NCBI GenBank assembly: GCA_030647005.1
Contig: JAUSKG010000031.1
Span: 1-57,166 of the forward strand
Reading direction: 5' to 3'
DNA from: a bacterium
Lineage (GTDB): Bacteria; Patescibacteriota; Patescibacteriia; JACPHY01
Length of the DNA stretch: 57,166 nt
The position numbers and the translations under genes were made by a program. The notes below the pieces were generated by a model. It had not been told where the DNA came from. It did not search any database and was given only the letters and a program-made list of their open reading frames with translations. Of this stretch, positions 17,076-26,999 are shown piece after piece. Each line of letters begins with the position of its first letter. Position 1 is the stretch's first letter.

Positions 17076-17861
17076 CTAGTAGTATCCGTCCACCACACTA
17101 CCCGGTACGAGGTGCTCGCGCAAGTCCTCGTAGGGAATGGCGATGGCGATGATGCCTGCGGCTCGCGGGGCGACGATGCCTGGGTTCCAGAAGAAGGTGA
17201 TCGCGTGCTCGTTGAGCACGAAGGTGTCACCAAATCCGGCGGTGGGCGATGTCCCGCGTGCGATGCGCGCGAGGGCCTCGGCATCCGGCTCCCGCCCCTC
17301 CATACGGAGGAGCTGGACGCGCACGAGCTGTGCAGCCGCGTGGAGCCCGTCTTCGCCTGCGACGATATCCGCGAGGGTGACCGGAGCGGACGCGGTGAAA
17401 TCGTACGTGTACGTCGTCGTCACGATCTCCGGAGACGCGGTACCGGTGCTCTCCGTGCGCGTAATCTGGATGCTCAGGAGCCGATCCGTAAAGTGACGAA
17501 CCTCGAAAACACTCCGGAACGTGTGCGGCGCTGCGCCGACGAGGTCCGGACGATCCGCGAATGCGCGGGCCTCGAAACGCGCCATCGCGTCCAGGATGGG
17601 CTGGCGCATGGCCGCGTTGATCTCGCGTTGCACTGCGCGATCCGCGAGACCATCCACTGCGGGAAGATCTGCGATGAGCCGGTGGGCGACACTCGTCTCC
17701 ATCGCCCGCGTACTCTTGACGGTCAACGGTGTCTCGACGATCTCCGCCGGCAACGCCGCGTACCACACGTACCCCAATGCCGCGATCGCGATAACCGCGA
17801 CCGCAACGACGCCTGTCACCATCGTCCTCCTTGTCTCCTGCTCCATAGCAGTAATGCTCAC
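17076..17861 (-). CDS. Membrane-anchored DUF3298/PdaC-like domain protein (tentative)
   Basis: 261 aa with an N-terminal TM. The C-terminal 'FVLNEHAITFFWNPGIVAPRAAGIIAIAIPYEDL' resembles the DUF3298 ending. Confidence 0.5.
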   Translation of the reverse strand: MSITAMEQETRRTMVTGVVAVAVIAIAALGYVWYAALPAEIVETPLTVKSTRAMETSVAHRLIADLPAVDGLADRAVQREINAAMRQPILDAMARFEARAFADRPDLVGAAPHTFRSVFEVRHFTDRLLSIQITRTESTGTASPEIVTTTYTYDFTASAPVTLADIVAGEDGLHAAAQLVRVQLLRMEGREPDAEALARIARGTSPTAGFGDTFVLNEHAITFFWNPGIVAPRAAGIIAIAIPYEDLREHLVPGSVVDGYY

Positions 17862-19219
17862 TAGTAATCCTTCAACTTCTCAACGCCCTTGAGCGTCTGG
17901 ATACGCTCGATCGCTTTCGCCTCGATCTGGCGGATGCGCTCGCGTGTGACGTCAAACTCGCGTCCCACCTCCTCAAGCGTGTGCGGGACACCGTCGGTGA
18001 GCCCGAAGCGCATGTCGAGGATCTTCTGCTCGCGCGGTGCGAGCTCCTTCACGATATTTTTGACGTAGTCGCGGAGGAGCTGGAGCGCCGCAGCGCGATC
18101 CGGCGAGACCGTGCGCACGTCCTCGATAAAATCGGAGAGTGTGGAATCCTCATCGCTCTCGCCGACGGAGGTCTCGAGCGATACCGTGTCCTGCGAGATT
18201 TTAATGATGTGGTTGACCTTGTCGATCGGCTCGCCCATTTCTGCCGCGATCTCCTCCGGCATGGGCTCGCGCCCGAGGTCCTGGATGAGCCGGCGCTCGA
18301 TCTGCTGGAACTTGTTGATCGTCTCCACCATGTGCACCGGAATGCGGATGGTGCGCGACTGGTCTGCGAGCGCGCGCGTGATGGACTGACGAATCCACCA
18401 CGTCGCGTACGTGGAGAACTTGTAGCCCTTCCGGTAGTCAAACTTCTCCACCGCACGGAAGAGGCCGATGTTCCCCTCCTGGATGAGGTCGAGGAGCGAA
18501 AGCTGCTTGCCGACAAACTTCTTGGCAATGGAAACGACGAGGCGAAGGTTCGCCTCGATGAGCCGCTTCGCCGCCTCGCGGTCGTTGCGATCCTTCCGCT
18601 TCGCGAGAAGCACCTCCTCTTTTGGCGTGAGGAGCGGTACGCGGCCAATCTCGCGAAGGTACATCTGAATCGAATCCGAGGTGAGCTCTGGAATCTCGTA
18701 CTGTTTCGCTTTCTTTCCCTTGCCCTTCTTTGTTCCCTTCGGCTCCTTGCCGCGGTGCACGACTTCCTGAATTTCGGCGCGCTTGCCGAGCATCTCACCG
18801 CCGGTCTCGATGATCTGGATACCGAGACGCTCGATGTGGTCGAGGAACTGCTCGAACTCCGTGATGTGCTCCTCGAGTTCGCGGAATCCGTAGAGCAGCT
18901 CCGTCTCGGTGATGAAGTTGCGAATCTGCCCCTTCGCGACGAGGATGTCCATGGCCTCCTTCGGTGGCGGCACCGGCGGCATCGCGGGGCGCGGAGGATG
19001 CGCTACTGCCAGACGCTTCGACGGCATCTGCTTGGGTGCGCGGTGCTTCTTTTGGATCGTGCGCGGTGCTGATTTGGACACGCGCGCAGGACGCGAACGG
19101 CGGTGTACCGCCTGCGCAACCTTCTTCTTCACGTCTGCGACGCGCTTGCGCAGCTGCTGCTTTGCCGCGTGCTTCTTTGGGGAGTGCTGTTTCTTGTTCT
19201 TGCCCTTGATGGTCGCCAT
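17861..19219 (-). CDS. rpoD: RNA polymerase primary sigma factor (sigma-70, RpoD)
   Basis: Region 2 '[40 protein letters not shown]', region 3/4 '[23 protein letters not shown]', and a basic N-terminal extension. Confidence 0.95.
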   Translation of the reverse strand: MATIKGKNKKQHSPKKHAAKQQLRKRVADVKKKVAQAVHRRSRPARVSKSAPRTIQKKHRAPKQMPSKRLAVAHPPRPAMPPVPPPKEAMDILVAKGQIRNFITETELLYGFRELEEHITEFEQFLDHIERLGIQIIETGGEMLGKRAEIQEVVHRGKEPKGTKKGKGKKAKQYEIPELTSDSIQMYLREIGRVPLLTPKEEVLLAKRKDRNDREAAKRLIEANLRLVVSIAKKFVGKQLSLLDLIQEGNIGLFRAVEKFDYRKGYKFSTYATWWIRQSITRALADQSRTIRIPVHMVETINKFQQIERRLIQDLGREPMPEEIAAEMGEPIDKVNHIIKISQDTVSLETSVGESDEDSTLSDFIEDVRTVSPDRAAALQLLRDYVKNIVKELAPREQKILDMRFGLTDGVPHTLEEVGREFDVTRERIRQIEAKAIERIQTLKGVEKLKDY

Positions 19220-19280
19220 ACGGACTCAACGACAAACCGCGACACTCCGAGCGAGCCGCATTCAAGCGTCTCGCATTCTC

Positions 19281-21122
19281 CTACGTCGCGGCGTGGAGTA
19301 ATGACAGCTCATCGGCCAACTCGTGAAATGCGCGCTCGAGCGCGAGCATGTGCTCACGCGCATGCGGATCCCCTGCGTGATCCTCTAGCACCTTCATCCG
19401 TCGCTTGATGTCGTGGAGTTTTTTGTCAACGGCATGACGACGGAGCTGGGTTGTGCACTGGTCAATCTCGCTCGTGATCGCGGCGGTGGGGAGATCTCCA
19501 AACTCGCGATCCGCAAAGAATTCTAAGCGCTCCACGAAATCACGCTGCTCCGTATCCATAACATTCGCTCCATGGAGCGACTCTTGCTTACTGTAGCCAA
19601 GATGGAGCGTTTTGTACAATGCCTGTTGCTTTGGGGTGACAAAGTTATCCACAACAAATGACTCAAACACCCGTTTTCCTTGATCCGGGTGACGAATGAG
19701 GAGCGCGAGGAGCCGATTTCCAAATCGCTCAACGGGGTCTTGTCGAACCTGCTGCTCTCCGCCTGTTGCGGACGACGTGTTCGATGTCGCTCGCGTACGC
19801 ATCGCTCGTCCCGCCGCCGCAACCGCCTCGCGGAGTGCCGACTCCGGAACGTCGAGCGCGTCTGCTCCGCGCTGCGCCCATGCCGCGCGCTCGATGGGGT
19901 CTACGATGTGCGCGAGCCGCGCGACGAGCACGCGAGCGGCATCGCGCTTACCAGCCGGTGTCGTGCAATCAAACTGTGTGCGAACGCGCGACAGCTCGTA
20001 GTCGAGCACCGGCACCGCGCCCTCCACGGCCTCACGCCAGCGATGCGCATCCGCGCGGAGACATTCATCCGGGTCCTTGCCGATCGGCACGCCGTGCTCG
20101 TCACGCGGCACGCGGATGACCCGCACATCGAACGCCGCGTCGAGCGCCGCGTCGATGCCGCGCTCCGCAGCGCTCACCCCCGCCGCATCCGCATCGAACG
20201 CGAGGTGGAGCCGCGAGGTGAATCGCTTGAGGATGCGGAGCTGCTGCTCCGTGAACGCGGTACCAGATGTCGCAACGGTCTGCGCGAGTCCGCCGGCGTG
20301 CGACGTGACGACATCCATCTGCCCTTCCACGAGCAGCGCATAGCCCGCGGTGCGAATGGCATCCTTGGCGAAGACGAGCCCATACACGACCTCGCTCTTC
20401 TTGTAGAGCGCGGTCTCGGGCGTGTTCACGTACTTCGCCGGCGCATCACCCACGGTGGTTCCGCCCTCGAGCACACGGCCGGTGAATCCCACGATGCGAC
20501 CATGGATGTCGTGGATCGGAAACATGAGCCGGTGGCGGAAGCGATCGTAGATGCTCCCCGAACGCTTGCCGGGCGACGCGAGCCCCGCGTCCACAATCTC
20601 CTGCGTGCGAAACCCACGCTGCACGAGGTGCGTCGCGAGCGTATCCCAGGAATCCGGCGCGTACCCGATCTGAAACCGCTCCGCTGTCTCCTCAGCAATC
20701 CCCCGCTCGGTGACGTACCGCGTTGCAGCCGCGGACTGTCCGAGCTGGCGCCGGAAGAACGCCGATGCCTCGGTGAGCGCGTCGAGTGAACGGATCTTCT
20801 GCCCCTCGAGACGCGGATCGCGCGCTTCAAGCTGCACGCCCGCACGCTCCGCGAGCAGTTTGAGCGCCTCGGAGAATTCGAGACCCTCGCGCTCCTGCAC
20901 GAACGTGAAGAGATCACCGCCCTTGGAGCACCCGAAGCAGAACCACACCTGCTTCTGCCGGTTCACCATGAACGACGGCGACTTCTCGTTATGAAACGGA
21001 CAGCACGCCTTCAAGCTCGCCCCCGCCTGCTTGAGCTGTACCCCCTGCTCCAGAAGGTACTCCGCGAGGTCAATCTTCGATTTGATGTCGTCGGTGGTAC
21101 TCACACGCTGCAAGCCACTCAC
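19281..21122 (-). CDS. dnaG: DNA primase DnaG
   Basis: Zinc finger 'CPFHNEKSPSFMVNRQKQVWFCFGCSKGGD' and TOPRIM 'LLVEGQMDV...AFDADAAG'. Confidence 0.95.
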   Translation of the reverse strand: MSGLQRVSTTDDIKSKIDLAEYLLEQGVQLKQAGASLKACCPFHNEKSPSFMVNRQKQVWFCFGCSKGGDLFTFVQEREGLEFSEALKLLAERAGVQLEARDPRLEGQKIRSLDALTEASAFFRRQLGQSAAATRYVTERGIAEETAERFQIGYAPDSWDTLATHLVQRGFRTQEIVDAGLASPGKRSGSIYDRFRHRLMFPIHDIHGRIVGFTGRVLEGGTTVGDAPAKYVNTPETALYKKSEVVYGLVFAKDAIRTAGYALLVEGQMDVVTSHAGGLAQTVATSGTAFTEQQLRILKRFTSRLHLAFDADAAGVSAAERGIDAALDAAFDVRVIRVPRDEHGVPIGKDPDECLRADAHRWREAVEGAVPVLDYELSRVRTQFDCTTPAGKRDAARVLVARLAHIVDPIERAAWAQRGADALDVPESALREAVAAAGRAMRTRATSNTSSATGGEQQVRQDPVERFGNRLLALLIRHPDQGKRVFESFVVDNFVTPKQQALYKTLHLGYSKQESLHGANVMDTEQRDFVERLEFFADREFGDLPTAAITSEIDQCTTQLRRHAVDKKLHDIKRRMKVLEDHAGDPHAREHMLALERAFHELADELSLLHAAT

Positions 21123-21490
21123 CCGAAAAGTTTTCCAAAAAATCCCTTCTTCTCCTCTTTCGGTTCCTCCGCACTCGCACCGTGCGCCTCGCGACCGTGC
21201 GCGAGATCGCGCAGACGGTCGGCTTCCTGTGCAACGAGCGGCCCGTCGTACTCACCGCTGTGCGCCTTGCCGCTCCCGTACGTCGGTGCCTTCTGATCAA
21301 CGTGGAGGTTGACCTGCAACGCGCGCGCCCCGCTTGCAGCTTCCACCACGTACGCGTGGTAGCGCGGGAAGTCGCTCGCGCCTACACGGCGGATGAACGC
21401 GGCCTCTCCCCCGCCCTCTTTCTGGAAACCATAGCCCGCGCGGCGCATGAAGTGCATGGCGTGATCCGATGTCGTGACGGTGATCTTCAT
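21119..21490 (-). CDS. Hypothetical protein
   Basis: 123 aa, overlaps the dnaG start by 4 nt. No recognised motif. Confidence 0.5.
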   Translation of the reverse strand: MKITVTTSDHAMHFMRRAGYGFQKEGGGEAAFIRRVGASDFPRYHAYVVEAASGARALQVNLHVDQKAPTYGSGKAHSGEYDGPLVAQEADRLRDLAHGREAHGASAEEPKEEKKGFFGKLFG

Positions 21491-21987
21491 AGAGTGTAGC
21501 GATAGAGTTTCGGAGAGCCCGCGCTGGTGTCCACGAGGTCATGCTGCCACCCGTCCATGGGCCAGACGTAGAGGATGACGCGCGTACCCGGACGGCACTC
21601 GCGCTCGAGCTTGCGACGCAGCGTGCGGTACACCTTCGGCATGAGGAAGACGTAGATGACGTCAGCATCGGAGAGGTCTTGCCTCCAGAAGTCACGGTAC
21701 CGCACCACACCGCGCCGCCTCCCGCGGATCCTGGCGATGAGGTACGGGAGCAGGGAGACCTCAAAACCGGTCGCGTGCGCACCCGCGGCTGCCGCGGCGC
21801 GCACGAGTCGCCCGTCACCGCACCCGAGATCGTAGAACCGCTCACCGGGCCGGAGCTGCGCCATACGGTGGAATCGCGCGACATCGCGCGCATGCATCGG
21901 CACCCACGGCGCGGCGCTCAGTGCTCCGTAGGAGAACGTCCCCACGATGGGCAGGAGGAGGAGCGCACCGACAAGGATCGGGTCCAT
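21487..21987 (-). CDS. Class I SAM-dependent methyltransferase (small, membrane-anchored?)
   Basis: 166 aa with 'RFYDLGCGDGRLVRAAA' motif I. 4-nt overlap with the downstream gene. Confidence 0.7.
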   Translation of the reverse strand: MDPILVGALLLLPIVGTFSYGALSAAPWVPMHARDVARFHRMAQLRPGERFYDLGCGDGRLVRAAAAAGAHATGFEVSLLPYLIARIRGRRRGVVRYRDFWRQDLSDADVIYVFLMPKVYRTLRRKLERECRPGTRVILYVWPMDGWQHDLVDTSAGSPKLYRYTL

Positions 21988-22003
21988 ACGCGGCGCGCGA
22001 ATG

Positions 22004-22816
22004 CTAGTCCAAAACGATCATCGCCTTTCCACCGGTCGGTGCCCCATCCTCGTGCATCCAGTCGGCAATCGCGCCGTAGAGGTCGTCATAGGTGTAGCGC
22101 TGGCCCGCGCCTTTCGTGTTCGTCCCGACATCGTTCGTGATGAACTCCTGCCGTGCGTCGTCGTACCCGATGATGACAAGCATGTGGTAGAGCGGGCCGG
22201 GCGGCGTGAAGTATGGTGAATCGAGCTCGCGGCCGCGCGCGGGCACGATGACCGGCTTGCCGGCATCAATCGCCGCCATGATGTCTGCGATCGTCACGAA
22301 ACGGACCTCGCGCGTGTTCTCGTGTCCAAACTTCTCTCGGAGGATGCGCGCGGTCTCGGCCACGGTCGTATCTTCCCACGTGCCGAGGTGTTCCTCCTCC
22401 CACTGCTTGATATCCATGAGTGCCGCGTCGAGCTCGCTCGCCGTGTCCACCCGCTCTCCCGACGCAAAGAGGTGCAGCGTGAGCACCGATGCCTCCTCGC
22501 AGAACTCCTTATACGGCAACGACCAGACGCGGTACGGTGCCTGAGAGACGAAGGGAACATCGAGACGGACGACACCGCGAGCGACCACACCCCGCGCCTC
22601 CTCCAGCGGTGTGTCTGCAGCGGTGCTCTCTTCGCTTGCGGGGGGTGTCAACGCGGGCACAGCAGAATTGCCCTTCGTCTCCACGACGAGGGGCACCGGC
22701 GGGGACTCGCTCGCGGGAGTCGTCGCGATGTGCGCCTCACGCTGTACAAAACCCAACCAGCCGGCCACCACGACGGTGCCGACGAGAAGCAGGCGAACGG
22801 TCCAGGTTCCAAACAT
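22004..22816 (-). CDS. Peptidase C39-like domain protein (secreted/anchored)
   Basis: 270 aa with an N-terminal TM. 'VPFVSQAPYRVWSLPYKEFCEEASVL' and 'YHMLVIIGYD' resemble Peptidase_C39_2 Cys/His regions. Confidence 0.65.
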   Translation of the reverse strand: MFGTWTVRLLLVGTVVVAGWLGFVQREAHIATTPASESPPVPLVVETKGNSAVPALTPPASEESTAADTPLEEARGVVARGVVRLDVPFVSQAPYRVWSLPYKEFCEEASVLTLHLFASGERVDTASELDAALMDIKQWEEEHLGTWEDTTVAETARILREKFGHENTREVRFVTIADIMAAIDAGKPVIVPARGRELDSPYFTPPGPLYHMLVIIGYDDARQEFITNDVGTNTKGAGQRYTYDDLYGAIADWMHEDGAPTGGKAMIVLD

Positions 22817-22866
22817 ACGCCGAAAGCATACCCCGCAGCCGCGCGATCGTCAACGCTCATTGCAGC

Positions 22867-23427
22867 TTACATGCCCGCGAGACCGAGCACCGCATCGAGC
22901 GCCTCCGGGAGCTCGCGGATGCCACTCGACCCCTCAAAGTGCCGCTTGCTATGCAGTGTGATGATCGTTGCACCGAGACGTTTCTTGAACACCGCACCGT
23001 GCGTGAGCGGGACGAATGCATCATCATCGGAATGGAGCGCGACGAAACCACTCACGACACGCGCCTGGATGCGGTCCCAGTTGATCGGTGTCGTGAAGTA
23101 GCTCGCGAGCTCCGCATACCCGAGCGCGTCGGTGAAGCCCGCGACGAGCACAACACCGCCGATCTGCTCCCCCGCGTCGAGTCCTTCGAGGTACCGGAGG
23201 ATCGTGATACATCCCACGGAGTGTCCGATGAGGTACGTATCCGGCGTGGGCACGCCAACCACCCCCGCGAGCTGCGGGACCCACCCCGCGAGCGTCGGCG
23301 CATCCGCAGGCGTCATCGCTGGCACATCCACCACGAACCCCTGCGCCTCGAGTTGGCTCTTGAGCCATGGGAAAAAACCCTCCTCGGGGTTCCCCTCCCA
23401 CCCATGGATGATGAAGGCACGACGCAT
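22867..23427 (-). CDS. Alpha/beta serine hydrolase, YdeN/RBBP9-like
   Basis: Trimmed to ATG 23427 ('MRRAFIIHGWEGNPEEGFFPWL'). Nucleophile elbow 'GHSVG', then 'SDDDAFVP' and 'HF'. Confidence 0.7.
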   Translation of the reverse strand: MRRAFIIHGWEGNPEEGFFPWLKSQLEAQGFVVDVPAMTPADAPTLAGWVPQLAGVVGVPTPDTYLIGHSVGCITILRYLEGLDAGEQIGGVVLVAGFTDALGYAELASYFTTPINWDRIQARVVSGFVALHSDDDAFVPLTHGAVFKKRLGATIITLHSKRHFEGSSGIRELPEALDAVLGLAGM

Positions 23428-23438
23428 ACGCTCCACGG

Positions 23439-24086
23439 TCACCGTTTCCGCATGTACGGCTTCGTGAACCAGAGGAGCAACGAGCCGATGACCGAGAGCA
23501 CCACGACGGTGATGATGAGCGTCGGGAACCCCTCGCTGGCAGCGAGGTACCCTCCGAGTGCCGCGAGCGTGGCACCGGTGATGTCGATGAGCGTGTAGTA
23601 GATCCCCCACTCCGTCCCCTCCTTCGAGCGATCAATGTGCCGCGTGAACATCGCCATGAACGTCGGGAACGTGAACGACGCGAAGAGACCGAGGAAGAAC
23701 TGGACGAGGTAGAGATGGAACGGCGTCGAAACGAACAGGTAGAGGAGTGGCGTGAGCGACATGAGGACGGACGCAACGAGGAGGATCCAGAAGTCATCGC
23801 GCTCACCGCGAATCCGGTCAATGATGTAGGCGACTGGAATCTGCAACGCGCTCTTCGTGAAGAGGTAGATCGCGGCGGCAAGTCCAGCGACCGCCTCGTT
23901 CCCTCCCTGCACGAAGTCCTCGATGAAGAGCGCGAAGACCGGACCAAACAGCCCCCACGAACCCAGGATGATCGTATCCGAAAGGATGAGGAACCGCACG
24001 ACCGGATTGACATCCTGGAGGAAGAGGTGGCGGAAGTTGATAGAACGTTTCATAGACAGTACGCGTGCACGCTCAACGCGTCGCAC
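23439..24086 (-). CDS. Six-helix MFS-like membrane protein (half-size)
   Basis: 215 aa with ~6 predicted TM helices and an MFS-like loop 'IIDRIRGERD'. An alternative start is at 24053. Confidence 0.5.
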   Translation of the reverse strand: MRRVERARVLSMKRSINFRHLFLQDVNPVVRFLILSDTIILGSWGLFGPVFALFIEDFVQGGNEAVAGLAAAIYLFTKSALQIPVAYIIDRIRGERDDFWILLVASVLMSLTPLLYLFVSTPFHLYLVQFFLGLFASFTFPTFMAMFTRHIDRSKEGTEWGIYYTLIDITGATLAALGGYLAASEGFPTLIITVVVLSVIGSLLLWFTKPYMRKR

Positions 24087-24194
24087 TGATGCAGTGGGAT
24101 GTAAGAACGCCTCTCACCAGCATACCCCATAACAGTGACATTGGTCGCAATACTGCGCCCGCCACTCGGGTCGCACGTGCGGAGTCGGCAGCCG

Positions 24195-25205
24195 CTACTC
24201 GTGACGGTCGTTCGGGTTTCCATCGGCCGCGTTTCCTTGGTCCGTTGACGGAACGATGCGCTCGATAATGTACGCGCTGCCGCTACGACCAACCAGGCGG
24301 TAGCGATCTGCGGAGAGGCCGGTGAGCACTTGGCGCACCGTGGACGGTTCGCTCATGTAGCCAACGGCGGTTGCGATGATGATGCCGCCCGGCGCAAGTA
24401 GGTGATCAACGGCGCGAAATGCATGCTCGTGTGTCACCGAGACGCCGGTGGTATCCAAGAGGATGGCATCGGCGGACCCTGCGGCGAGGTCGCCATCTGC
24501 AATTGCGACATCGAGTGTTTTTTTGATGAGTCGTGCTTCACGCCCCTTTGCCCGGGCCTTCACATCCGCGCCCTGCGGCCCGCCGGTCGTCACACAATCC
24601 ACCGATGCAACCGGCGCGCGATCAATGTGGTCGAGCATCCTACTCGCATCTCCACCGGATGCCGGATAGACCACGCGGAGATCCGTGCGACCCGTTTGCG
24701 CGCCGAGCCATCGAAGTGCGCGAGCAACGGCAAAGCTATTCTCCGTAAATCCGTGTTCCTCAAATACGCGGAGCACCGTATCCACGAATGAGCCGCCGAT
24801 GGTTTTGCGATCAGCGGACTTTTCTGCAAGCGTTGCAATACGCCGCGCCAACGCGCCATCACCCACGAGATCCTTCAGCGCGTCGAGGTCGGTGTGCTCG
24901 CCAGTGAGCGCGACATCGCGCGTGCGTTCGCGAAGCTCCTGCGGTATCTCGGGGGCAAGGATGTCCAATGCATCGCGCAGACGCACCTCCGGTGTATCTT
25001 CCCACGGCACTGCACGCTCGACGCTACGCGCTTGCTCAAAAATCGTGCGCGGGTGCTGTTCTGTCGGTGCATCCGGTGTGACGCGCGCCTGCTCGGTCGC
25101 ATGGGATTTTGTTGGTTCTTCTTGCATAGTGTTGTGCGGTCCGTTAGACCATAGGTGCAATACTGGAAGAGTACGAAAAAACCCCATGGAAAGCCATGGG
25201 GTCAT
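24195..25205 (-). CDS. Hypothetical protein (C-terminal Rossmann/methyltransferase-like?)
   Basis: 336 aa. The ATG overlaps the upstream stop (ATGA). 'LRVVYPASGGD...AILLDTTG...LLAPGGIIIA' is weakly MTase-like. Confidence 0.5.
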   Translation of the reverse strand: MTPWLSMGFFRTLPVLHLWSNGPHNTMQEEPTKSHATEQARVTPDAPTEQHPRTIFEQARSVERAVPWEDTPEVRLRDALDILAPEIPQELRERTRDVALTGEHTDLDALKDLVGDGALARRIATLAEKSADRKTIGGSFVDTVLRVFEEHGFTENSFAVARALRWLGAQTGRTDLRVVYPASGGDASRMLDHIDRAPVASVDCVTTGGPQGADVKARAKGREARLIKKTLDVAIADGDLAAGSADAILLDTTGVSVTHEHAFRAVDHLLAPGGIIIATAVGYMSEPSTVRQVLTGLSADRYRLVGRSGSAYIIERIVPSTDQGNAADGNPNDRHE

Positions 25206-25558
25206 CTGGTGAGCCGTGCAAACGCGCGCTCCGTGTCTTCAAGGAGGTCCTCCGAGAGGTACGCGACGGTGTATCCGTTCACGGACTCGGACTGCACGTC
25301 ACGCCGGAATCCATGAGGAAGCAACGCGAGGATACTCACCTCACCGGTCGCCTTCCGCTCGACAAGGCACTTGATGAGATCGAATATCGCGCTGAATGGC
25401 ACCGCGAAACGCGTAGGTGCATCCATCTCGGTCGGGATTGCATCGAGCGACGGGAGATCCACGAACGCGTGATGCATCCGCTGTGCGATGGACCGCAACG
25501 CGGTGAGGTGTACGGGCACACATCCGTAGCAGTAGAGTGTCGGCATAGGCACACCCAT
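25202..25558 (-). CDS. Hypothetical protein
   Basis: Trimmed to ATG 25558, which overlaps the dsbD-like stop (TAATG). 118 aa, no motif recognised. Confidence 0.45.
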   Translation of the reverse strand: MGVPMPTLYCYGCVPVHLTALRSIAQRMHHAFVDLPSLDAIPTEMDAPTRFAVPFSAIFDLIKCLVERKATGEVSILALLPHGFRRDVQSESVNGYTVAYLSEDLLEDTERAFARLTR

Positions 25559-26784
25559 TATCGCACAGACACTTCCGCCGTGCGAAGAGCGTTCAGGAAC
25601 TGGGCGACGTTGACCTTGCCGTTGATGCGGCCGACTTCGCGCCCGCACGAACGATCCAGGAACACAACGGTTGGCAGTCCGCGCGGTTCGTAACGATCCG
25701 CGATGGCGGGCACCACATCCACATCGAGTCGAATGCGGCCATGTGTGGCGAGCGCGTCCGCGACGGCAGGATGTGCAAGCGTCGTTGCATCAAACTCGTG
25801 ACATGCGACGCACCACTCGGCACCGAAGTCCATGACGACGAGATCGGAGTCATTGCACGCGTTCGCGAGGCACGTGCCCGATGCATCTTCGGCACACCAA
25901 CCCTGCGCCGCGGGAGTGGCGAGCGTATTCACGAGCACCGACGCTGCAACGGTTGCCACCATCCCGGCTGCGAGACGCGCAACGCGCATGCGGCGTTCGT
26001 ATGCACGTGGGGACACACTCGCTGTGATGCCGACAGCAAGTGCCGTTCCCAGAAGCAGCACGAGCGCGCCGACCGATGGCGATGGGAGGAACACCGTGCG
26101 GAGCGCGGGAATCGCGTTGCGGAAAAACCAGAACGCGCCGATGCAGAGCACGATACCGAGCGTCCACTTCACCGCCTCCATCCACGGGCCGCTGCGCGGA
26201 AGACGACCAGCGCCGATGCCAACGCAAAAGAATGGAAGGCCAAACCCGAGTGCGTGTACGGCGAGGAGCCCGACGCCGAGCGTCGCACTGCCTGCGGTAC
26301 CAACGACGGCGAGGATTGCAGCGAGCACCGGACCGGTGCATGGGAGTGCAAGGAGTCCCGTTGCAGCACCGACCGCACATGCGCCCGCCGTACTCGCGCC
26401 ACCCACCCGCGCGAGGCGCTGGCGCAACGCGAACGGAAGCCGCAGCTCGTACATGCCAAACATCGCGCACGCGAGTGCTACGAAGAGCACGCCCATGACG
26501 ACGTGAGTCGCCGTATACTGATAGATCGCGCCAGCCATTCCGCCGGTTGCTCCAGCAGTGAAGCCGAAGACGCAGTACGTCGCAACGATACCCGCGACGA
26601 ACGCAGCACTGCGACGCACCGCTACACCACGCGCACCACCTGCACCGGCACCGACGTACCCGAGGGTCACCGGCACCATCGGGAGCACGCATGGCGTTGC
26701 GACCGTAACGATACCGGAAACGAACGCGATGATCCACAGCAGCACGGAGTGCGTCGCGAACGCGTCCGTGAAGATTTCAGCCAT
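25558..26784 (-). CDS. DsbD/CcdA-type thiol:disulfide transporter fused to a C-terminal thioredoxin domain
   Basis: Start at ATG 26784 with AAGGAGG upstream. Membrane cysteines 'ATPCVLPMVP' and 'ALPCTGPVLAAIL'. C-terminal 'DFGAEWCVACHEF' CxxC. Confidence 0.8.
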   Translation of the reverse strand: MAEIFTDAFATHSVLLWIIAFVSGIVTVATPCVLPMVPVTLGYVGAGAGGARGVAVRRSAAFVAGIVATYCVFGFTAGATGGMAGAIYQYTATHVVMGVLFVALACAMFGMYELRLPFALRQRLARVGGASTAGACAVGAATGLLALPCTGPVLAAILAVVGTAGSATLGVGLLAVHALGFGLPFFCVGIGAGRLPRSGPWMEAVKWTLGIVLCIGAFWFFRNAIPALRTVFLPSPSVGALVLLLGTALAVGITASVSPRAYERRMRVARLAAGMVATVAASVLVNTLATPAAQGWCAEDASGTCLANACNDSDLVVMDFGAEWCVACHEFDATTLAHPAVADALATHGRIRLDVDVVPAIADRYEPRGLPTVVFLDRSCGREVGRINGKVNVAQFLNALRTAEVSVR

Positions 26785-26999
26785 CTCTTCCTCCTTGTTA
26801 ACTCCAAGTTGTAAAGGTGCGTCTGCACCGTAACACGAGGATTCATACGTGTCAAGCATCTGTAGTGGGCTCATACGGCGACTTGACTCCAAGATCAATA
26901 TATGATGTAGTGGTACGTCGCTGGATAATCCAGTGGCACGTTTTTTCACAACTGGCTGCAAGCCACAATCCCCAACCCATACCCCATAGGAGGTGATTC

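Noticed and set aside
26862-26999. Promoter for the PRTase-SLOG gene around 'cTTGACTccaagatcaatatatgatgtag'
   Set aside because: A -35-like TTGACT is present, but no -10 hexamer sits at a 16-18 nt spacing (TATGAT is only ~12 nt away). This is too ambiguous to annotate.
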